From positions 47,303 to 111,302 of the forward strand of contig NIVC01001133.1 of the NCBI GenBank assembly GCA_002269645.1: a stretch of 64,000 nt of DNA, read 5' to 3'. This document shows positions 57,871 to 64,000 of the stretch, piece by piece (positions within the stretch are counted from its first letter, which is position 1; each line of letters begins with the position of its first letter). The position numbers and the translations under genes are program-made. Below the pieces are notes generated by a model. The model saw nothing but the letters and a program-made list of their open reading frames with translations. It was not told where the DNA came from and searched no databases. The stretch is from Macrostomum lignano (Eukaryota).

Positions 57871-60618
57871 GCCCGAATAAACTCGATTTCTTACAAATCT
57901 CGTGGTAGTTGAGAGTGCCCGAGCGGTAAGACACTGTACTACTGTAAATTTCTAAGTCCGAAAGTATTGCATTTTTCGGGGATCAAGGGTGTCCAGCGAT
58001 GACTACTAATCTAATACTTTTTTATAAATCGTTAGTTTAACATCTAACGTCTACTGCTTAACTACCTAGTCTTTAGCGTCTAATAACTTATCGCTATTAG
58101 CCTGCACGGCTTCCTTAGTACTCTGGGTCTCCACGACCTCAGTTTTTCCTGTTCCAGAAAGGACAAACGATGTCAGTCTTTCAGCAAAGACTTTCCTTTT
58201 GGACCAAAAGCAGGGCATGCAAATAATGTCTTCGAAAAGACTATAGCAAAAGCCGAAGCAAAGGATGGGTTGATTTTATTTTGACTTAACTCGGCCGTAT
58301 ATATACGAGTAGCAAGTTGAAAGGGGGGTAGGTGCGCTATTATTGGTTAGTGCTCATTAAAGCAATTCGTTGGGAAGATTTTAAACAAATGAGAATTAAA
58401 ACAAAATGATAGCACTTATGATGGGTTTCGACCTTTCGGCCCCCTTGTGGGGAAGCCTTCGGGCCTCAGGTCTCAGAAATAAATCAATTAGAGTCCTGTC
58501 CCCCCACTCCTGTCAGATGGTCAGCCCCATGGTAGCTTGATCGTGTGGCGAGCAGTCTAGGTCCTATAGCTAAGAGAGGGACAGCGAGAGACAAGCAGGG
58601 AGAATTTTGAAGGTAGAAATTAGCTAATCCGCAGACCAACTAACTCGCTGCCACCAGCCCGTGGGCCCTGGCTCACCACACCGGGACTCTCGAAATCGGG
58701 CTTCCGACTAGAAGGGGCTTTGCACTTACCTGCCAACTAGTGTCTTTTTGCTGTCTATTTCGAAGTCATAGCCGATGTTAAGGGACACTGCTGGGACTAG
58801 ATCGCATTGGTCATGCAGGTACAGAGGGGACTTGTGCAGGGGATTCTTGCAGTGGCGAGACTATGGGGTAGCTACATGTACTATTACATTGCTAAATACG
58901 AAGATATGTACTTTTGGCCTTCAACGCGCCAACCAGCCTCTCCTAGCGCTGATGATAGGCTAACTCGATCATCAGAGACCGCATGATTCATTAACCGAGC
59001 CGCTTGGCTAACCTAGAGTGCACAAAGTACATCTCTGGCGCCGATTCTGCACTACTGGCTGTTTTGCTCACTGATTTGATAGATTGATCGACTGAGAACT
59101 GTCTTGTCATTGGTCCACTGTGACCGGCGCCTACTAGCTTAGCTACTCATCTGAGCCATCGGCGAACAAAGAACTAAAACCGATAAAAATAACTGTTAGA
59201 TTTAACCTTCTCCTTAGATCACTTCACACTTCAGATTGAATTGGAGTCTTAGACTACTAGCAGTATTATTGAATGACTTCTGCCTCAGCAACAGCACTAC
59301 TGAACAAAAAGAGCAAAAGTGTGCGCCTAATCCAGCTACTGAAACAGGGGACAGATAAGGAATCACCCAATCAAGCAAGTCTAGGTAGCCTCTCACCCAA
59401 CCAATCAGAAACTCAACAGCCGGAGACCAGGTAATCCACAGTGACCGAATCGGCTTAGTGCTTCGCAGCTGTAGTCCCGGGATGATGCTGATGTCACAAT
59501 CTTTGCTGATAGCTAGCAGGTGATGGTCTTAACTTTCATGTTCGCTGCTAGTGACCGGGGGACTCGTCCTTGATGATGATGGGGGGAAGTCGCGATCCGG
59601 GGATCAAGAAACGACGGTCGCGCTCCGGGACGTCTCAATCTAGGCTAAGGTCCCAGGAGGAGTTGGTCCAAGCGGGCAAAAAACACCGGTTTAAAAGCCG
59701 CCAGCTGGACCGCAGTTTGTTATAATGGAACACGTCGATTCTGATTGGCTGAACCGATTTGTTAAAATGAGCGTCGAATTTTCTGATTGGATGAGCTAGT
59801 TGCTACCCAGAATCACGTGACCGGGAGATCCTATTAGTTCCCACAGGGTCGTAAAAAGATGACAGGTGCGGCCATAAATCTATCAAAATCGCAACAAAAT
59901 GATTTATGACTTTTCGCGTAGGATATTGACAGAAGTTAATGAAAAAAATATACATTAGAAAGCTCTTATTAAATAGAAAGTGAAGATAATGAAGAGAAAT
60001 CACTAATCGCTAATCCCAAAGTACTTTTAGGAGTAAAACGCATAGCTGTTAAAGCTGTCACACGCTTGAGTGAACACGAACAATAGGCTCTGACCTCATA
60101 AATCTTGATGGCCTGTCAAAATGATGAGAAAAAAGCTACCGCCCGCATCCTCTCAGACCATCTGGCGCCAGCCTTAACACTGAGTGAGGCACAGGTGTCT
60201 GTCAGACCAGCTTCGAAAGCGATGATTTATGACCCAAAAAGTTGCGCCTATGTTATTATGACTACTAGTATGACCAAACATTATATCTAGTATAGATCCT
60301 ATAAGAATTCGCAGAAAATGATAAAAATGCCCTTTGCCCACTGTTAGTAGGCTAGTAAGTTTAGAGTCCATGTGCTAGCGCGGGATTTGGAAAAAATTGC
60401 GTCCTTATCACTTAAACAAAACTTAGAAATTCGCTTATTGGCATGGGTGAATAAAATACGCATCTGGCTACTAATAGTAATATGATATTAATTGGCCCTG
60501 CCTCATAAGCCTTAACAAAATATTATTATAACAGATAAACAAAAACAATTTGAAATAATTTAGATAAATTTAGAGTTTCTGGACTAAATCAGGAAAAAAC
60601 GATAATTTAGCTTAGTCT

Positions 60619-60962
60619 AACAACAACAAAAACAAAAACAATCGTCTAGATAGCGCGCCGCAGAGCCTGGGAGCGAACGAAATCCGCTCCGTTGGCAGTG
60701 TCGGGCCTTCGGCGTCGCAAAGCCAAGGACCACTGACCAAGGACCAAAGCCTGCGCAAAGCAGGCAGTTCACGTATCGACGGGTTCGGGCCTGACCCCGC
60801 CTGAACGGGCCCTGAAGGGTGAGCAGCAGGACGTCCTGAACAGGTTGGGGGCAGTAGCCTTCGGCCCGGATCACGTGGCCCGCCAGTTGAAGTCGCCGTC
60901 GGCGCAGAATGGTGGACGGGCGCTGCAGCTTGGCCCGATTGTACAGGACCTCGGTCCCGACG
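60619..60962 (-). mobile_element. 5'-truncated RTE-like LINE, 3' end
   Basis: An alternative frame reads GTEVLYNRAKLQRPSTILRRRRLQLAGHVIRAEGYCPQPVQDVLLLTLQGPFRRGQAR (the RRL..GHV.R / RRG.R pattern of RTE-type ORF2 C-termini). It ends in a TTGTTTTTGTTTTTGTTGTTG tail. Confidence 0.7.
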
Positions 60963-62410
60963 GAAGCTTGTTGAAAGCGAACATCCGAAATGGTGTTGAC
61001 ATTACTGTCAGCTCTTTGAAAGCTTCATCTAGTGGGATCTGGTCATAAGCTTTCTCTAGATCCAGACGAGTGTATATCCGGCTGCCAGCAGCAGTTGTAA
61101 TCACTTCGTCAGGTGCAGGCATCGGATATGAATCGTTGATAAGATGAGAATTGATTGTCACCTTGTAGTCGACGCAAAGTCTGAGCTTTCCAGAAGGTTT
61201 CTTGACCACGACAATTGGTGAGGCCCATTCACTGAACTTGACGGGCTTGATGGTGTCTTCTTCAAGCAACCGATCAATTTCATCCTTGACTCCCTGTCTG
61301 AGTGCGAAGGGTAGCGGCCTGGGTTTGCAATGAATTGGAGTGGTTTCTTCCTTGATCTTAAGAGTTACTGGTGGAAATTCGCATGACTGGGTTGCCGATG
61401 TGCAGCTGTTGTCTACAGCGTTTAGCGTGAAATTGAGCTTGTCTAGGCCAACCAGAACAAAGTTCCTCTGCGATTCCACAATGAAGAATGTGATTGGAAT
61501 GAACTCGTCATTGTACTCCAACTCAGTGTCGTGTGTTCCAAAGACCTTAATCTGCGTATCAGCGTATGTTGTCAGAACAGTGTCTGTAGGTGTCAGCTTT
61601 GGACAACCCAATCGTTTCCAGATCGTTTCTGACATTACCGAAACTCCTGCCCCAGTATCGATTTGTGCGTTCACGCTAAGCATCGACCCGCTCGTGTGTC
61701 TGAGCCTAACAGGCACGGTGTAGCTATCAATGGGATGTCGAATGTGAAAACAATCCTCCTGTTCGGCTTCGCTTGCATCTACAAAGCTTGTGGTCCTTGG
61801 CCACACTGCAGCTCGCCTAAATTGACCAGATGCTGACGGGCTTTTGAACGATTTTCGGCCTTTGCCAAAACCAGTTGATTTCGTTTTGCAAACTGTTGCG
61901 AAGTGGTTTTGCATGACACATTTGTTGCACATTTTTCCTTTTGCAGGACACCTTCCTTTGGAGCCATGCATTGTGCCACATCTGCCACACTTGGGGCTTG
62001 TAGAGTGGGAGCCTCTGGCCACCGATGCTGAAATTTTCATTACTTCAGAAGACTGCGGCTGACTGGTGCAACCCTTTAGTATTTGCGTTTGTGATAGGTT
62101 CTGGTGCGCCTCAGCGATGTTGATAGCTGTCTCAAACGTGAGAGTGCTGAAGTCCTGTTTCAATAACTTGCTGATGGCCATCTTGTCATTCAAACCGAAT
62201 ACGAGCTGATCTCTCAGTCTCTCATCTCTGGATAGGCCAAACTGACACTTGTCTGCCTGCATGCAGAGTTGCTGTGCATACTCACGAATGCTCATTGATG
62301 CCGTGCGAGTGATATGCTGGAAAATGGAACCTCAGCCATGGCGAACGTCTTTGGTTCCAGGATGCTGGCCAGTAGTTTGGTCAGTTCATCGAAGCTCTTT
62401 TCTCCCGGCT
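60963..62410 (-). mobile_element. Gypsy/Ty3 LTR retrotransposon gag-pol fragment (gag, zinc knuckles, protease, N-terminal RT)
   Basis: KSFDELTKLL..EPK (frameshifted), RLRDQLVFGL, CGRCGTMH...C, CNKC..QNHFATVC, protease QIDTGAGVS, RT EWASPIVVVKKPSGKLRLCVDY and LDLEKAYDQIPL. Broken at NKLP, before the YxDD motif. Confidence 0.9.
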
Positions 62411-62411
62411 C

Positions 62412-63812
62412 AAAAAGTTCAAAAAGACTGCTTGGTCAACGGGTGGTCCATCGCTAATGGTTTTGAAAGATTTCTCGGAGATGACGAAGCAAGATCTGAA
62501 TTATCTTCTGAAGTACTTTGTTATGGAAGTACGCAATCAGGATGGAGACCGGTACACTTCCACCAATCTGAAGGACTTTGTGTCCATTGTTCAATGGTGC
62601 TGGCAAAATTTTTTGAAACAAAACTGGTCAATTTGGATGGACGACGCTTTCCTTGAAACACGTGTCTCATTGGATGCGGCTATGAAGTTGGCCACCAGAG
62701 AAGGCAAAGATGCTCGTTTGAACAAGGCTGAAATAATTCCAAATACGATTGAGGACAAACTATGGGCTGATGGTGTGTTGGGTGTTACGACGCCGCGCAG
62801 CCTACTAAACGCCGTCGTGTGGCTGTTAAGTTAAAATTTTGCCCTGCGTGGCGGTGCGGAACTACGTAACCTTTAATTTGACAGGCAGATTCAACTGACG
62901 TCTGTTGGATGCACGAGTGCACGTGCATCGTCTACAGAGAAAATTGCATGACCAAAACCAATCAAGGCGGTTTTAAGAGATCTCCGTAATCCGAAGGTTG
63001 TTCGTGCGTTTCATACGGAGAATCATGAACGCTGCCCAGTGTGTGTCTACAAAGAGTACACGAAAAAGCGTCCTCTAAATAGCGACGCCGCCTTGTTCTT
63101 GGATGTGAATCGGTCGTGGTCGCCTGGTTCAGCCTGTTCATGGTTCATGCGATCTCCTGTCGGACGGCACACTCTCGCAGATGCAGTAAAGACATGTGTC
63201 AAACTGGTTGCACCTGAGGATACCAGTAAGTATACCAACCAGAGTTTGCGCAAAACGGCTGAAACAAGACTTCATGAAGCCGGCGTCAAACGTGCCGACA
63301 TTATTCGCGTCACCGGCCACAGCTCCTCGGCTCTTGAAAGGTGCTGTGGATGGGTCATAGGCAAATGTTGAGCCATCCTACAGTGACTCTATTTTTATGT
63401 AGCTCGGGCAGAGAGCAAGAGAATCAAAAACGAAAAGAGTGCTCGAATGCCTCAAGTAAAAAAAGCCACACATCTTTACAAAGCGATCACAAACAGTCTC
63501 CGGCTCCGTCTTCAGACATAACTAAAGGTATATCGGTCAACCCGTGACAGAGCAGAAGGAGGCTTTGGCAATCGTTGCCGCAAGAGACGAGAACCTAGTG
63601 ACAAAATCAACGCTGGTGGAGATTCCATGACGCTCATAGTCTGCCAGAGCCAGTATTCTGCCTCTGGAGGTACTACTGCTACCTCTTATAATGCTGATTC
63701 CCACCAAGGACAACAGTCAACTGTCGCCGTTTACTCCGGGAGTCCTAGTCCTAAGAAGATGCGAATCGAGATCTGTGGCGAATCGAATAAGGTCACTATT
63801 ACTTTCGATTAA
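62412..63812 (+). mobile_element. Decayed Crypton-type DNA transposon (DUF3504 / tyrosine recombinase)
   Basis: LNYLLKYFVMEVRNQDGDRYT, LLNAVVW..*NFALRGGAELRNL*, KTNQGG, RCPVCVYKEY..KRP, PVGRHTL, KYTNQSLRKTA.TRL..AG....I..VTGH. Several stops and frameshifts. Confidence 0.85.
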
Positions 63813-64000
63813 CAATGCTTGTTTTTCGAGAACTTAATGACGAAAGTGCAGTTCTTCGTTGTTACTCGTTTTGTTACTCGTTCAAACAGAAATTCTAAAG
63901 TCCGGCCCGGCCAAATACATTTCTTTTCCGCATAAAATAGATGCTTTTTTTGTCTATGACCGGCCTAACTGGATAAAAGGATGAGACTGGAAAAAAGGAG

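Noticed and set aside
57910-57945. GTGCCCGAGCGGTAAG resembling a tRNA D-arm
   Set aside because: No anticodon arm, T-arm or B box follows.
58949-58975. CTGATGAT...ATCATCAG hairpin as a hammerhead ribozyme
   Set aside because: CTGATGA is fully paired in the stem and there is no GAAA or third helix on either strand.

Overview
This is eukaryotic (animal) genomic DNA, not prokaryotic. The GC-rich exons with poly-Ala/Gln/Gly runs and minisatellite-filled introns resemble a free-living flatworm such as Macrostomum; that assignment is inference. Positions 1-50.7 kb carry six intron-containing genes, all on the minus strand, which I spliced by hand from GT-AG sites and protein homology. In transcription order they are NCOA4 (3 exons, ~389 aa), NCKAP1/Nap1 (8 exons, 1139 aa), PKN (5 exons, 1055 aa), RRP12 (5 exons, 1382 aa), TBC1D19 (2 exons, 531 aa) and a class I PI3K p110. 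The PI3K has 7 exons in the window, runs off the left edge and carries one apparent 1-nt frameshift. Twenty of the 25 introns contain a tandem repeat, each with its own unit, mostly 17-28 bp with a mode near 21 bp. These arrays explain most of the long ORFs in the track. Dispersed elements are four tRNA-derived SINEs with a CORE-like centre, a 191-bp hAT-type MITE with an 8-bp TSD, a 991-bp solo LTR with a 4-bp TSD, and an unclassified ~200-bp family. Positions 56-64 kb are a transposon graveyard: a LINE endonuclease fragment, a Gypsy gag-pol fragment cut by the 3' end of an RTE-like LINE, and a decayed Crypton tyrosine recombinase. The best leads are: a candidate six-gene polycistron with intron-like structures in its spacers; intron-confined minisatellites, one apparently born from a MITE; an invertebrate NCOA4 that keeps the Cys motif; and an intron-like 187-bp insert just before the Crypton catalytic Tyr.
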